Below, in pieces: positions 27,493 to 42,262 of a DNA stretch of 64,000 bases (within the stretch, counting starts at the first letter, position 1; each line of letters begins with the position of its first letter). Position numbers and translations under genes: made by a program. This DNA is from Octopus vulgaris (lineage: Eukaryota): the NCBI GenBank assembly GCA_951406725.2, contig OX597819.1, positions 27,528,001 to 27,592,000 of the forward strand, given 5' to 3'. The notes under the pieces were generated by a model. The model was not told the origin of the DNA. It saw only the letters and a list, made by a program, of their open reading frames with translations, and did not search any database.

Positions 27493-27709
27493 TCACTCAC
27501 ATACATGCAATCATATGTGTGCGCATATGTGTTTGCTCATATCTGTGTATGGATGGAGAGAGAGAAATGTGGACAGGGAAAGATGGGAAGAGACAGACAT
27601 GTATATAGAAACAAACACACCTACAGATAAAGCTATATACAAATGTAAACATATTTATCTATCAACCTATAAACGCTATCTATGATATACATATATTTAT
27701 ATGACTAAG

Positions 27710-27753
<44 letters not shown>

Positions 27754-27957
27754 GCAGTTGTATATATGTATGTTGGTACGTACGTATCATTATAGGCATG
27801 TAACACAACCGATTAAAGATGTTGTTGACTATAGTTTTCACTTGGGGGCCTGTCACTATTTAAAACAAGACAAAAAAATAAATACCCAAATACATGCACG
27901 AAAAAATTCTATAAATGGTAAGTATGGCCGTATTGTGTTCACGTACATACATATATT

Positions 27958-27989
<32 letters not shown>

Positions 27990-28013
27990 AGCATGGATGT
28001 ATGCACTTAAGTA

Positions 28014-28091
<78 letters not shown>

Positions 28092-28500
28092 AGCATGGGT
28101 GTATGCACTTACTTAAGTGTGTAAGAGTCCATGCATGTATGTGTACGTGTGTAGGCGTCTATGTATGGATGTTTTGTATATGTATACATGTGTATATATG
28201 CATATCTGTGTGTGTGTGTGTGTATGTATTCATGTAACTGTGAGTCAGCTGTTCAATACGTATATCAAGGAAAATAAATTTTTGTATTAAGTGACTTTTG
28301 TGAGACATGATACTGTGGTGTTTTGGTATATATTAAATAGGGAGCCATCTTGTCTATCTTCCTCACTATGTATATAAGTATTTGTACGTACGTACGTATG
28401 TATGCATACATGGATGGAAGGATGGATAGACGGATTGATGCATGCGTGGATGTACGTGCGTATGTGTGTGTGTGTGTGTGTGAGTGTGTGAGTGTGTGTA

Positions 28501-28552
<52 letters not shown>

Positions 28553-29125
28553 CAAAACTGTATAATCAAAACTGTATATTTCTATTTCATGCGTCCATGT
28601 GTATATTTGTGTGCGATGCAGACATGTTCATATTCTTTTACTCTTTACTCTTTTACTCTCTTATGTGCTTCAGTCATTTGACTGCGGTCATGCTGGAGCA
28701 CCACATTTAGTTGAACAAAGTGATCCCAGGACTTATTCTTTGTAAGCCTAGAACTTACTCTATCGGTCTCTTTCGCCAAACCGCTAAGTTACAGGGACGT
28801 CAACACACCAATGTGTTTTTAGCGTCTTGCCCCTTTAACTGGTAATTAACATCTTGATTTAGCGTCCTCCCCTACCCGACCTCCTTTATAGACAATTACT
28901 TATATATTTTCTAAAATCCTGACAATATTTATGACCATACCCAACTATAAACTGTCAACTCACTCTCTTTATCCATTCTAAACAGACACTGTCCTCTAGC
29001 ATTAGACTTGGTAGGTCATAAAAAGGGACTAATAAATTAAAAGTGAACCACAATCATTTACAAGCTATGACCCTAAAAATGTTCATACAATTCTTAGAAA
29101 TGTAGTATATTCTGAGTCACATTGG

Positions 29126-29225
29126 TCATCATCATCATTGTCCGACCGTGGTCGAGACAATGGAATTTACCATGCTACGCCAGACTTCACGGTCCATCAT
29201 GGCATTACGGAGGTCCTGTTGCTGG
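29126..29225 (-). mobile_element. RTE-clade LINE, extreme 3' end
   Basis: Matches the end of the 33047-33400 copy, with a (TGA)n tail. Confidence 0.8.
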
Positions 29226-29336
29226 ACCTCCGTCACATTGGTAGCAACATGAACTTTCTCCCACTTCTTACTCTATTAGAGAATTTGAGTAAGATTATAT
29301 TAATGTGTCCAACTGATTAAAAAATTCTGTTTATTT

Positions 29337-29452
29337 ATGCAGCTGAGGATAGCCCTGCATTTAAATTGATGTAATGATTGCACTGTTCAATTAAACAGAG
29401 CCGCTTGAAACGGTCGTAGTGCATCACCTCTTGATATCCTGTTGCTTATTTT
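29337..29452 (+). mobile_element. pLTR-like repeat with a degenerate HHR
   Basis: CTGAGGA-TAGC...GCTT-GAAAC-G-GTC. An inverted homologue at 16055-16166 has CTGAAGA. Confidence 0.55.
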
Positions 29453-29526
29453 GATTATATATATATATACACACACACATACACACACACAAACACACAC
29501 GCGCACGTACACACACACATACACAC

Positions 29527-29585
<59 letters not shown>

Positions 29586-29696
29586 AATTAAATAAGACCA
29601 ATAATGAAAATTGTAAATTCGGATTACATATTTTCACTTTTTGTTAACTGATTTTATTTAGAAATTATTAGCTGGTCAATATCTTTTGACAGAGCT

Positions 29697-30295
29697 GTGG
29701 AGGCGCGTATCTCAGGGGATAGGATGCTCAGAGTGACGCCTTGTGTTCTTGAGCAAAAACGCTTCATCTCACGTTGCTCCAGTGGTTGGAGTGCTGGACT
29801 CATGATCATAAGGTTGTGTTTTCTATTCCCTCCCCAGGCGACGCGTTGGGTTCTTGAGCAAAGTATTTTATTTCACATTGTTCCAGTGCAATAATCTGGT
29901 AAAAATAATTCTGCGACGGCGGACGGGCGTGCCGTCCAGTTGAGGGAATATATACGCCACGAAACCAGGAAACCGGCACTTTCGGTATGATTTGAGAAGT
30001 CGGTATGATTTGAGAAGTCGGTATGATTTGAGAAGTCGGTATGATTTGAGAAGTTAACTTTAACCTTTAGTGGAGGCGCGTGGCTTAGTGGTTAGGGCGT
30101 TGGACTCATGATGGTAGGAGTGTGGTTTCGATACCTACCCCGGGCGACGCGTTGTCTTCTTGAGAGAAACACTTCATTTCACTTTGCTCCAGTCCCCTCA
30201 TCTAGCGAAAATGAGTAATCCCGTGACATACCAGCATCCCATCCAGAGGGATAATATGTACGCCACGGAAACAGAGAAACGGGCCCTATGAATCA
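29697..30295 (+). mobile_element. Tandem SINE family C copies
   Basis: Heads at ~29697, ~29780 and 30070 (ggaggcgcgtggcttagtggttaggg). Confidence 0.75.
29982..30053. repeat. Perfect 18-bp minisatellite, 4 copies
   Basis: (tcggtatgatttgagaag)4. Confidence 0.95.
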
Positions 30296-30569
30296 ATATT
30301 AATATGACTTGGAAAAGGTTCAATCTTATTTTTGTGACTTAGTGCCAAAATATGAAATCAACATTTTTGATAGAAATATCTCAATATTTTCTACATTGCC
30401 ACTTAGACATTCATCAGCATAACCAAGTGGGACAGTAATTAGAGGCTTAATTGTAAATGTAAAATCTGAAGCTGCAGATTTCGAAACAGGTATTCTGAGA
30501 TACTCTCTTTCTTACCAGTTTAAAAAAAAAACCAATGTGAAATACCTTTTGGGTGGCTGACATCTATTC

Positions 30570-30784
30570 TTTATTCTTTTATCCTTTTATTTATTTCAGT
30601 CATTTGACTGTGGCGATGCTGGAGCACCGCCTTTAGTCAAACAAATTGACCCCAGAACTTATTCGTCGTAAGCCAAGTATTTATTCTATCGGTCTCTTTG
30701 CCGAACCGCTAAGTTACGGGGACGTAAACACACCAGCATCGGTTCTCAAGCGATGGTGGGGGGGACAAACACAGACACACAAAT

Positions 30785-30866
<82 letters not shown>

Positions 30867-31215
30867 TGAGATAGGGGTTGTAAGTGCAACCCTCCATGGG
30901 ATAACATATATCCAATATACTGCTAGTGAAGTACCCAACAAAGTTAATACATAAATGTTAATGATTGTGATGCAATCAATTCATTTACTGTATTATATGG
31001 GCAAAGGTAAAATGATTTACCACAAATTACTAATTTTCTTATCTTGTATATATATATATACGACGGGCTTTTTTCAGTTTCCGTCTACCAAATCCACTCA
31101 CAAGACTTTGGTCGGCCCGAGGCTATAGTAGAAGACACTTGCCCAAGGTGCCACACAGTGGGACTGAACCTGGAACCATGTGGTTGGTAAGCAAGCTACT
31201 TACCACACAGCCACG
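30570..31215 (-). mobile_element. SINE family A with ~185-bp insert in (TA)n
   Basis: Halves at 30570-30800 and 31055-31215. Confidence 0.85.
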
Positions 31216-31314
31216 GCTATAACTGCAAAAATCTTTTTTCTTCTAGAGGTCTATATCAGGTGTTGTATTTTTCACTTCTTAACCGTTTCGATCTTAGTCT
31301 TCCTCCTTTTGTGT

Positions 31315-31355
<41 letters not shown>

Positions 31356-31364
31356 TGTGTGTGT

Positions 31365-31435
<71 letters not shown>

Positions 31436-31961
31436 GAAGCATAAGAACATCAGAAATATTTTCTAGATTTATTGCAAGTTGTGTTTCCTGTTAAAGGCAT
31501 TGTATAATGTTTTTAGAAACATTATCGTACTCTGTTGGCAGGTAGTACCTAAGTGACAGTTTGAGCCAGTTGTTAATCGTGTAACATATCTTACACAGAA
31601 AGGTGACGCAATCGTTTGTTTTTTGGGGTTTTTTTCGGTTGCATTTTTTGAATGCAGAAACATCACTGTTCCTTTTTACTCGCTGTGTATTCTGTAGCTA
31701 TCTTTTGCGCTTACAGGACATAAGTGTAACCTTCGAGAATAACTAATATAACAAGTTTACGAGTCCTTATATATAAAAATATATGAGCGTGTGTGTTTGT
31801 GTACGCGCGCGTATACATACATACATACATACATACATACATACATACATACATACTAATATGTGTGTGTGTGTGTGAGTGAGTGTGTGTGTGTAGGTTT
31901 ATGTGTGTAAACTTGTATGTATGCAAGCATGCATATATGCACGCATGCATACATTTAGGCA

Positions 31962-32006
<45 letters not shown>

Positions 32007-32175
32007 GTTTGTGTATATGCATGCATACTTGTACGTATATGCATGTGCGTGTGTAACAGTTTGTATCGAATTACATTTTGCCAGTGGCACTCATAACGGC
32101 CTGAGACATTAATTAGTTCATAATAATAAAACACACAGACACACCTCAAACACGTACACGCACTCTCACATACAC

Positions 32176-32210
<35 letters not shown>

Positions 32211-32454
32211 TACATACATACGTACGTACATATATACACACACACACACATACATACATACATACATACATACATACATACATACATACATACATAAATG
32301 CATGCATACATACATACATGCATGCATACATACATACATACATACATACATACATACATACATACATACATACATACATACATAAATGCATGCATACATA
32401 CATACATGCATGCATACATACATACATACATACATACATACATACATACATACA

Positions 32455-32485
<31 letters not shown>

Positions 32486-33046
32486 GCACACAATCTGAAA
32501 CGTGATAAACGGATATTTTTGCTTAGTGATTCAGGAAGGTTTACACAACTGACTTATAACCCTTTTCTTCATTATTTATTACTGATGTATGAGAAACCCT
32601 GACCATAACCTTGACATTTTCTCCTAGATTAGGTTAGATCGACGTTATTGATTCTTTCCCGTTTCTGCTGCACCAATTCGATGTCTATATGAAAAAAGCA
32701 TGGTGGGAACAGAGTTCCAGATGGTTGCGGTACTTACTGGAGCCGCTGGCCGGGTGGTAGAATGTTAGAATTACAAAATTGATCACAAAGTTGTTGGTTC
32801 AATCTCTGGACCGGTGGGAACGTTGTGTTCTTGAGCAAGGCGTTTCATTTCACGTTGCTCCCAGTCTTCTTAACTGAAGCAAACGTGTACCATCCCAGTG
32901 CCGGTGCTCTTTCCGCCTATTTATCCAATCGTTAATGTTTTGTTGGATCAAAGAAAAGATGGGAGAGCCGAGAAAGGATATAAGTCTGCTCGCGATTACA
33001 AAGGTACATAAAATAGTCAGCGAAAGCATAACACATGTTACTAAAT

Positions 33047-33400
33047 CATCATCATCATCATTGTTTTACCGTGGTCGAGACAATGGAATTTACCATGCTA
33101 CGCCAGACTTCACGGTCCATCATAGCATTACGGAGGTCCTGTTGCTGGATGCCTGTATCCCTGGAGATTATATTAGGGTAGGAGAGTGTGCGCCCTCTGG
33201 TATTGCGAGTAGATGGCTTCCGGAGGAGAAGAGTAGAAATTACTTCTTTTTCAGCTCTACAACAATGTCCAGCAAACTGGACTCTCCTACCTTTCACAAG
33301 AGATGACACAGGTGGTAGTTTCCCATATATTTGCATTTTGGTTGGATGGCGCCTCCACGAGAGATTTTGAGCTTTAATAGGGCTTTGAAATAAAACCAAG
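33047..33400 (-). pseudogene. RTE-clade LINE ORF C-terminus and 3' tail
   Basis: RRVQFAGHCCRA...RGR...ISRDTG...AMMDREVWRSMV is typical of an RTE C-terminus; (TGA)n tail. Confidence 0.8.
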
Positions 33401-34090
33401 AAGAAACTACTAAATCATACTCAATCAATCAATCAATCAATCAACATTCAACATGGTGGAACAACCAATCTAAGTCAGTCGGGATTCATAGTATGAGTTA
33501 TAGTCTTCATCCTTTGATCGCTGAATATTAAACGTAACTCGCGAGACCTAATTTGTATGCCAAACCGTCACAAGGTTACCTATTTTCAGCTGACGGGTCT
33601 CGGAGCAACGTGAAATGAAGTTTTTTTTTTTGCCCAAGTTCACAACGCACAGCCTGTCTGAGAATCGATACCACGATCTTGCGATCGTGAGTGCAACCAA
33701 CCTAACCATCAGGCCATGCGCCTTCACAACTCATACTGGCGAGTGACAGTCGTATTTCTGGTTTTTGAGTGAACAATTGTGAAAATTATTTAGTTGAGTG
33801 AAGGTGTAGAGATACAGTAGGTATATAATCGACTTAATCCGTTTGTCTGTCCTTGTTTGTCCTCTCTGTGTTTAGCCCCTTGTGGGTAGTAAAGAAATAG
33901 GTATTTCGTCCGTCTTTGCATTCTGAGTTCATATTCCGTTGGGGTCGACTTTGCCTTTCATCCTGTCGGGTTCGATAAAATAAGTGCCAGTTGCCCTCCA
34001 TAACCCCAGGCCTTGTGCCTACAGTAGAAAAGATTATTATGATAATTATTAAGATTATTTAGTAGTAATAACAGCAGCAGCAGCAGCATC

Positions 34091-34166
<76 letters not shown>

Positions 34167-34987
34167 AACTCGCCGAGAACTGTTTCTGCATTCGCTGCGC
34201 CACCAATAATATTCTTCCATGAACCTCACACATACAAGCACACTCACGCAGATACATACACACACACACACACTCACACACATACACACGCGTGCACACA
34301 CACACAATTACACACTTACACACACACACAATTAGGGTGCTTAAGATAAAAATGAGTTCTTTGCTTTATTTACTTTTGGTTTGCTTCCAATTTTTATTTT
34401 AGAATTTTAACACTAGAATATGAAAAAGACATTTGCAAGTGCGAGAGGTCAACAAGAAGTCACTAACAAATACAAAACAAAACAACATATTATGAATATA
34501 AATACAAAACTATTTTATAAACTGTTTTCTTCTTTGCAGTACACTTTTATTCTGAAGACTTTACTATACATAGTTATACAGACAGACGTAGGAGACCTTC
34601 TGGGAGTTTTACCTCCGATAGCCTGATGTCTATTCAAAGAGATATACAGGCATTACTTCAATTCGCTTAACAGTTACTGAATCCGGAGCTGGGTTACGAG
34701 ACCTCAGCAACCCTGGGGTACTATGGTAGACATTTATCGTTATCATGTACTGTAAAAAATGGCAGCAGCGACACTGGAATAGCTGTTATCTCAAACAGAC
34801 TAGATGGATTTTAGCTCTCGATGTCTTTATGATGATTTTTATCTTTTTCTGTCTAAGTATCATTATGTTTGATAAGAGGCCATTTTTCCTCAGTCATTTC
34901 TTATGCTAGGTCTGTCTTTTCTGTCTCTTTTCCTACCCACCTCCCTCTCTGTCTATCTATCTCTTCCACTCTCTCTTTTTCTCTTTC

Positions 34988-35079
<92 letters not shown>

Positions 35080-35106
35080 CACACACGTTATCGTATGTAT
35101 GTATGT

Positions 35107-35449
<343 letters not shown>

Positions 35450-36324
35450 GTACTTCCATCTACTTGCACATTCGTATATTTGTATGTATGTATGTATGTA
35501 TTTCTGATTGTATGTACTACTATCTCGTTCGCTCTCGAAATCTCTTTCACCCTATCCCTGTTTTTCTTTCTCTCCTTCTCTCTGTCCACCTCCTTTCTCT
35601 CTCTCTCTCTCTCTCTCTCTTTATCTCTCTCTCCCTCTCTTTCATTCTCTTTCATTCTTTAATCCATTTATCCATTCATTCATTCTACCCTCTCATTCTC
35701 TACAGACAAACGGAAATGCCAAGAATTTCCCCACAACCGTTCAAGTCTGTCTGTTTTAATCTTCGTTAGGCTTATATCCCTGGTTAATTAGAAAGAAATT
35801 AGTGCCGTAAAGATGTTCCCGTACAAACAAAAAGTAAAACAAAACAACAAAATATTGCATTAAACAAGCTGATTGACTTCCTTTAAATTAATTACTGTGG
35901 CTCTTTGCCAAGTATCGCGCCTGGATATTATATTTTCGTCACCAAACGTTGGATCATTGCCAAGACGAGGTGAGGCATTAGTTATGGTACAAAACTACAT
36001 GTGCATTAAAGAAGCGACGTGTATAAAACATGCAGAGCGAACAAGGTCATGATTGCTTTTCAAATATTTTAGCCCACAAACTCTACATATTTCTTAAACT
36101 GTTCTACATATCCCAGAAGCATCGCCTGTCGGTCGACCTTACGAATGATGTAGTGGGGAGAAATCACAATATTATGCAACACATTCAGTTCTAATATATG
36201 TATATTTATCTTAACAATTAAATAAACTAAAGAGATGAAGTGTCTTCCCTCGAAGTCTTGGCTCTAGAAATGGTTTATGAGTGACAGTAAGTGAGCAGAA
36301 TCTGCCTAGAAGTTCATCATGCAT

Positions 36325-36377
<53 letters not shown>

Positions 36378-36464
36378 GAATTCACAAAAAAAAAACAAAA
36401 GGCGAAGACGGGTGTGTAAACAACAAACAGATGAATTAGTTTAACGCTCGGGAAGTGAGAAAGT

Positions 36465-36500
36465 CTTTTACGTTTCGAGCCTACGCTCTTCGCCAGAAAG
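36465..36500 (-). ncRNA. Minimal Penelope-type HHR (A6 mutated)
   Basis: CTTT-CTGGCGA-A-GAGC-GTAG-GCTC-GAAAC-GTA-AAAG, within a ~190-bp insert between (TA)n tracts. Confidence 0.7.
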
Positions 36501-36564
36501 GAACACAGAAATACACAGGGAGAGACAATAGAAAAAGGTTTAGAGGCTAGTGATCTACCATGGC

Positions 36565-36644
<80 letters not shown>

Positions 36645-36648
<4 letters not shown>

Positions 36649-36855
36649 TTATATTCTTTCACTTGTTTTAGTCTTTTGACTGCGGCCATACTGGAGCACC
36701 GCTTTTGGTCGAAAAAAAATCGACCCCAGGACTTATTCTTTGTAAGCCTAGTACCTATTCTACCAGTCTACTTTGCCGAACCGCTAGATTTCAGGGTCGT
36801 AAATACACTAACATCGGTGTCAAACGATGATGGGAGGGCAAACACAGACACATAA

Positions 36856-36900
<45 letters not shown>

Positions 36901-37067
36901 TATATATATATATATATATATTCATATCTGAGAGTGTATAAAGATATAGACACAGGCAGAAGACTCATAATACTCATATATGAAAATATGTTGTCTTATG
37001 ACTTTTATTATGCATGCTAACTACTGGTAACAAACTATTCTAATGTTTTACCCTATAATTTACATAA

Positions 37068-37110
<43 letters not shown>

Positions 37111-37230
37111 CACGACGGGCTTCTTTCAGTTTCCGTCCACCAAATCCACTCACAAAGCTTTTGGTGAGCCCAAGGTTGGAGTAGAAGACACTTGCTCGGA
37201 ACCATGTGGTTGGGGGAGCAAGCTTCTTAT
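36645..37230 (-). mobile_element. SINE family A, interrupted
   Basis: Tail at 36645-36860, head part at 37110-37230. Confidence 0.75.
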
Positions 37231-37511
37231 GCCAGGGCCACTCTATGTATTACTTGTTTCAGTCATTAGACTTAGGCCATGCCGGGACACTGCATTGAAG
37301 GGTTTTTAGTTGAATGCATCGACCCTATTACTTCTTTCATTTTTGTTAATATATTTGGCACTCACATTTTTCCTGAATCGCTATGTAACTAGGACGTAAA
37401 CAAACCAACACTGGTTCTCAAGCGGTGTTGGGATCAATCACAGACATAAAGACACACACATATACGCATATTGTGTGTGTGTGTGTTTGTGTGTGTTTGT
37501 GTGTGTGTGTA

Positions 37512-37600
<89 letters not shown>

Positions 37601-37667
37601 CCGCGTGTGTATCGTTGGCGATTTTCTTTCTCCGTCTTCCCTTTTTTGGACCTTTTCCTTTTTCTAT

Positions 37668-37702
37668 ATTTCTGACGAAGAGCCCCGCTCGAAACTTTAG
37701 AT
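37668..37702 (+). ncRNA. Minimal Penelope-type HHR (G16.2 mutated)
   Basis: ATTT-CTGACGA-A-GAGC-CCC-GCTC-GAAAC-TTT-AGAT; related to the 36.4 kb copy. Confidence 0.65.
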
Positions 37703-37793
37703 CCTCCTTTCTTTCTTTTCCTGAGCGTCCAATAACACTATACTTGTTCCACGTCCTCGCGTTGTTGTGTTTTCTCTTTGTTCATGTTTGGAT

Positions 37794-37834
<41 letters not shown>

Positions 37835-38000
37835 ATAATAATAAAAATAACAACAACAACAAGAATTGTTGGATGAAATTTATAAATATCTAATACATCG
37901 CTACGCGCGTTTCCACAAATGACCTGATTTCTGGAAACGCGTAGCGATGTATTAAATATTTATAAATTCCATCCTACAATTATTGTTGTTGTTATTATAT
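37835..38000. mobile_element. Palindromic pLTR-like element
   Basis: Arms ...taatacatcgctacgcgcgtttcc / ggaaacgcgtagcgatgtatta...; contains the HHR 3' half GAAAC-GC-GTA. Confidence 0.6.
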
Positions 38001-38121
38001 TTATCCTACAGTATATCTTGATGTAATCCTGAAAAACTGACTAACTAGTCAGTATCATTAGACAATGGCCGGCGTAATGAAATAGCAGTTTTATTTGCAT
38101 ATTCTAACATTACTATAAACA

Positions 38122-38194
<73 letters not shown>

Positions 38195-39009
38195 TATGTA
38201 CATGTGTGGTTGTGCGCGCATGTATAACCTACGTGTGTATGTATGTATTAAAATTGGCTCATTACTTGATTAATATTTCCAGTCACGCTCTAAATCATAT
38301 AGTCTAAGGGGGAGACAAAGAGACAGAGACAGGGAGACATAATAGAAGAAAATAAAGAGAGGGTTAACATAAGAGGTGTAGTATGAGTATACAAATTAGG
38401 TTTGGCGGCAGAAGGCAGGAAAGAGAGGAAGTATATGACAGAATAGTTAAGTGAGGATTTACACGAATGAGATATTTGTTTTACTCAATTTTATTTTAAA
38501 TTGATAAATATATTTTTCCTTTGGAAATTAATATTCATATCATCATTTTGTTTCACTACCAGAGAAAATTTAATAAAAGTTAATTTATAATTAAAGTATG
38601 CATGCCATATTTCGTAATAGTACCCATGACGGCAAAAGCATACTTCCAACGATACCCGTCAAATGATAATCTTCTCCTGAAAAGGGAAGGCGGGCTTACT
38701 GAATGAACTTCATCTGGAATAGTCACCAGTTGCATATCTATGACATTATGAACATACTACCTATAAATTATGGTCATTACGTAACTTCAAGCTTCTTCAA
38801 ACAGCTGTCGCGATAAGATATTACGTGATTTATATATTTTCTCTTTATTTCGTAATCCGTACTTTTTGTGATACACGTAAATACATCAATGTGTGCATTA
38901 TGTATGTGTGTGTGTGTGTGCGTGTATCTCTCTCTCACTCTCTCTCTATATCTCTCTCTATATATATATATATATATGTACGTATATATATATATATGTA
39001 TATATATAT

Positions 39010-39648
39010 AATAAATTAATAAATACAACATATGCATATATACATACATATATGTACGTACCTACCTCTACATGTATATATACATGCATATATGGGTACA
39101 GGACACCAAAATAACGTCGAACACAATGAGAAACGAAAACATAAACACAAAACCAAGGAACTGGACATTTTCCTTAAACAACGAAAAAATAGAGTACAGG
39201 ACAAATAACACAAGGAAAATTCCCCTTCTTCAGTCGCCATGGTTTCATCTACTCTACGTTTCGAAGGTGAAGGCGATACGCATTTTCTTTGGAAACTTTC
39301 CTTCCCGCGAAAAGCAAATTAAATAAAATTTGAGATCTTTTTGCGGAGGGGTAAAAATGGTAACAAAAACAGGACAGTAACGACAGTACAAAATATAAAC
39401 AGTAAAAGACAGGACAAGGAGAATAACAAGACAAGAAGGGCTGTTAAGCCGAACGAGATAGTGTTACGAACGCTATTTTTCAGAACGGCGAAGGAGCAAC
39501 AGAAAATGCCGTCTACACTTCAAGGACGCCAGGCCGGAAAGGCAGTAGCAGAGCTCTCGTCGCGGGTCAACGACGGGAGGGAGGAGGAGGAGCAAGAGAA
39601 AGGGAGAGAAAAAAAGGGAATGGTTGTGAGGAAACCAGAAAGAATGAC
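39010..39648 (-). mobile_element. Copy of the 51.7-52.7 kb non-coding element, truncated
   Basis: Colinear reverse-complement homology with 52030-52678. Confidence 0.85.
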
Positions 39649-39655
39649 ATACATA

Positions 39656-39898
39656 GGAGGCGCAATGGCCCAGTGGTTAGGGCAGCGGACTTGCGGTCGG
39701 AGGATCGCGGTTTCGATTCCCAGACCGGGCGTTGTGTGTGTTTATTGAGCGAAAAAAAAACACCTAAAAGCTCCACGAGGCTCCGGCATGGGGGTGGTGG
39801 TGATCCCTGCTGTACTCTTTCACCACTCTAAAGGCGGTGCTCCAGCATGGCCGCAGTCAAATGACTGAAACAAGTACAAAACAAAAAACAAACAAAAC
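39656..39898 (+). mobile_element. Chimeric SINE (family B head plus family A tail)
   Basis: Same junction as 22652-22886; A-rich tail; flanked by acatacata. Confidence 0.85.
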
Positions 39899-39919
39899 AT
39901 ACATACATACATACATATT

Positions 39920-40270
39920 AGATCGACCCCAGTACGCAACTGGTGCTTAATTTATCGACCCCGAAAGTATGGAAGGCAAGGCAAAGTCGACCCCGAAAGG
40001 AATTTGAATTCAGAACGTAGCGGCAGACGAAATACCTATTTCTTTACTACCCACAAGGTGCTAAACACAGAGAGGACAGACAAGGACAGACAAACGGATT
40101 AAGTCGATTATATCGACCCCAGAGCGAAACTGGTACTTAATTTATCGACCCCGAAAGGATGAAAGGCAAAGTCGACCTCGGCGGAATTTGAACTCAGAAC
40201 GCAGCGGCAGACGAAATACCGCTAAGCATTTCGCCCGGCGTACTAATGTTTCTGCCAGCTCGCCGCCTTT
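39920..40270 (-). mobile_element. SINE family D with duplicated body
   Basis: Head gccagctcgccgcctt at ~40270; central domain present twice. Confidence 0.8.
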
Positions 40271-40509
40271 AACATAGCAAAATAATATTGCAGATCATCG
40301 TCTCGAGTTGTCTAAGTTTCCACGCATCATCGTTTCTAGTCAGCTTATATATATATTCTTTGCATTAGATTTGTAAAACTAACTTACCTATTGTTTTTCA
40401 TGCCGATTGCGTTTCTACAAATACCATCAACTTTATATACGGACGAGGTTACTTGAGGTGACAAATTGGCAGTTTCGTGAGAAAATCGGACAGAAAACCT
40501 TGCAGCATT

Positions 40510-40718
40510 CCTCTTAGCGGTATTTCGACTGCTGCTACGTTCTGAGTTCAAATTCTGCCGGGATTGACTTTGCCTTTCATCCTTTCGGGGTCGGTTAAAT
40601 AAGTTCCAGTTACGCACTGGAGTCGATGTAATCGACTTAATCCCTTCCCCCAGATTTGAGGCCTTGTGCTTCCACTAGAAAGGATTATTATTATCATTAT
40701 TATTATTATTATTATTAT

Positions 40719-40797
<79 letters not shown>

Positions 40798-41005
40798 GAT
40801 GTGGCGAACTGGCAGAGTCGTTAGCATGTCGGGCATAACGCTTAGCGGCATTTCGACCGTTTTTACGTTCTGAGTTCAAATTCCCCCGAGGTTAACTTTG
40901 CGATTCGTTCTTTCGGGGTGTCAATTAAATAAGTAGCAGCTGAGCACTGGGGTCGACGTGATCGACTTACTTCCGCCTTCCAAATTGTGCCTACACCAGA
41001 AAGGA
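40510..41005 (+). mobile_element. Two SINE family D copies with (TAT)n/(TAG)n tails
   Basis: Central domain at ~40565 and ~40895. Confidence 0.8.
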
Positions 41006-41009
41006 CTAC

Positions 41010-41055
<46 letters not shown>

Positions 41056-41299
41056 GTTGCTGGTGGTGGTGGTGGAGGTGGTGCTACAGCTGCTACTGCT
41101 ACTGCCGCTGCTGCTACTACTACTACTAGCCAACAGCGGAAAGAAGTGGCTTGTTTAATATTAATTGATGATGGAATCTAAAACATTTTCACCGACTTTT
41201 TGCTGTATTTATCAATCTACGTTTGGGATTGGTGAAAAGAAATTACATTTATGATCTATATTTAGGTTAGTAACTATTCCTATTATTTCGAGAGTGTGC

Positions 41300-42000
41300 T
41301 GGAATTAGTTTTCATGAAAGCGTGTGCAGCGGAAAATTTGAAAGAAATCTAAATTGTTTATGTGGCTGTCGGTTTTGTGTAAATTTAAGATTAGCCTGAA
41401 GAAACATGGATGTGTTTGATTTTTGTTAAATCCCAAAGTATCTTTAAAATTGTTGGATGATATTTTGTTTAGATTTATCCTTTTCATCGTGTTGAAAAAG
41501 GTCAAGTTCAAAAGATTGCAAGATTTTCTTCTGCGAGGGAACTTACGACTTCTAAAGCAAAACATGGCGTCTTTGATGATTCCGTATTCCCTTTATCGAA
41601 GAAATAATTTCCTTTTTCACTTTGTTTATATCTTCTGCGTTTTAAATAAGACGCTTAATATAAGCTTTTCAAGATGGCGTCAGAACATTGTTAAAAAATT
41701 CCAGGAGCTGTGTTCCCCTTTCTGCTTTTGTATCTCTATCTGTGGACACTATACAATATATTGAGGAGCAATAAATGGATTGGAGAACAACTGTATTTAC
41801 AAACAGTGGAGAAATATTCAATATATATTAGTGCATATATTATATAAGAATCTGAAACTACTTGAAACTTCTTGCTGAAGGATATGACCGTGCAATTGAT
41901 GAAAGATAGGACCGTGACAATATATAAGAAAACAATCTTTGAAAAAACACATCGAGATATCATTGACTAATAATATATCGAGATTTGAGTCATTGCCAAA
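41300..42000 (+). pseudogene. Possible highly decayed Mutator (MULE) transposase
   Basis: Fragmentary peptides VCSGKF, KKSKL/CGCRFCVNL (FAR1-like) and YISAYII*ESETT*NF; many stops. Confidence 0.3.
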
Positions 42001-42262
42001 AGTAACCTTAAGTAAACGTCTCAAATATTCAAGTTATATCTCGATATGATAGTTTGCTTAGGCATTGTCACCGATATTCTATAGTAAATATCCAAAATAT
42101 TAAAAACGTGAAACTCAGAGTTACAGTTCGAGAAGCTAATATTTATCCTAGCACGTCACAATTTATGTCACCGTCTCACCATTTAAAGAGAGGAGGAGGA
42201 GGAGGAGGGGGAGGAGGCAGGAAGAGGGGGCGGAGGGGGAAGGAGGAGGAGGACAAAATTGC

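Noticed and set aside
29982-30053. Possible CRISPR array
   Set aside because: Contiguous tandem units without spacers, no cas genes, eukaryotic context.
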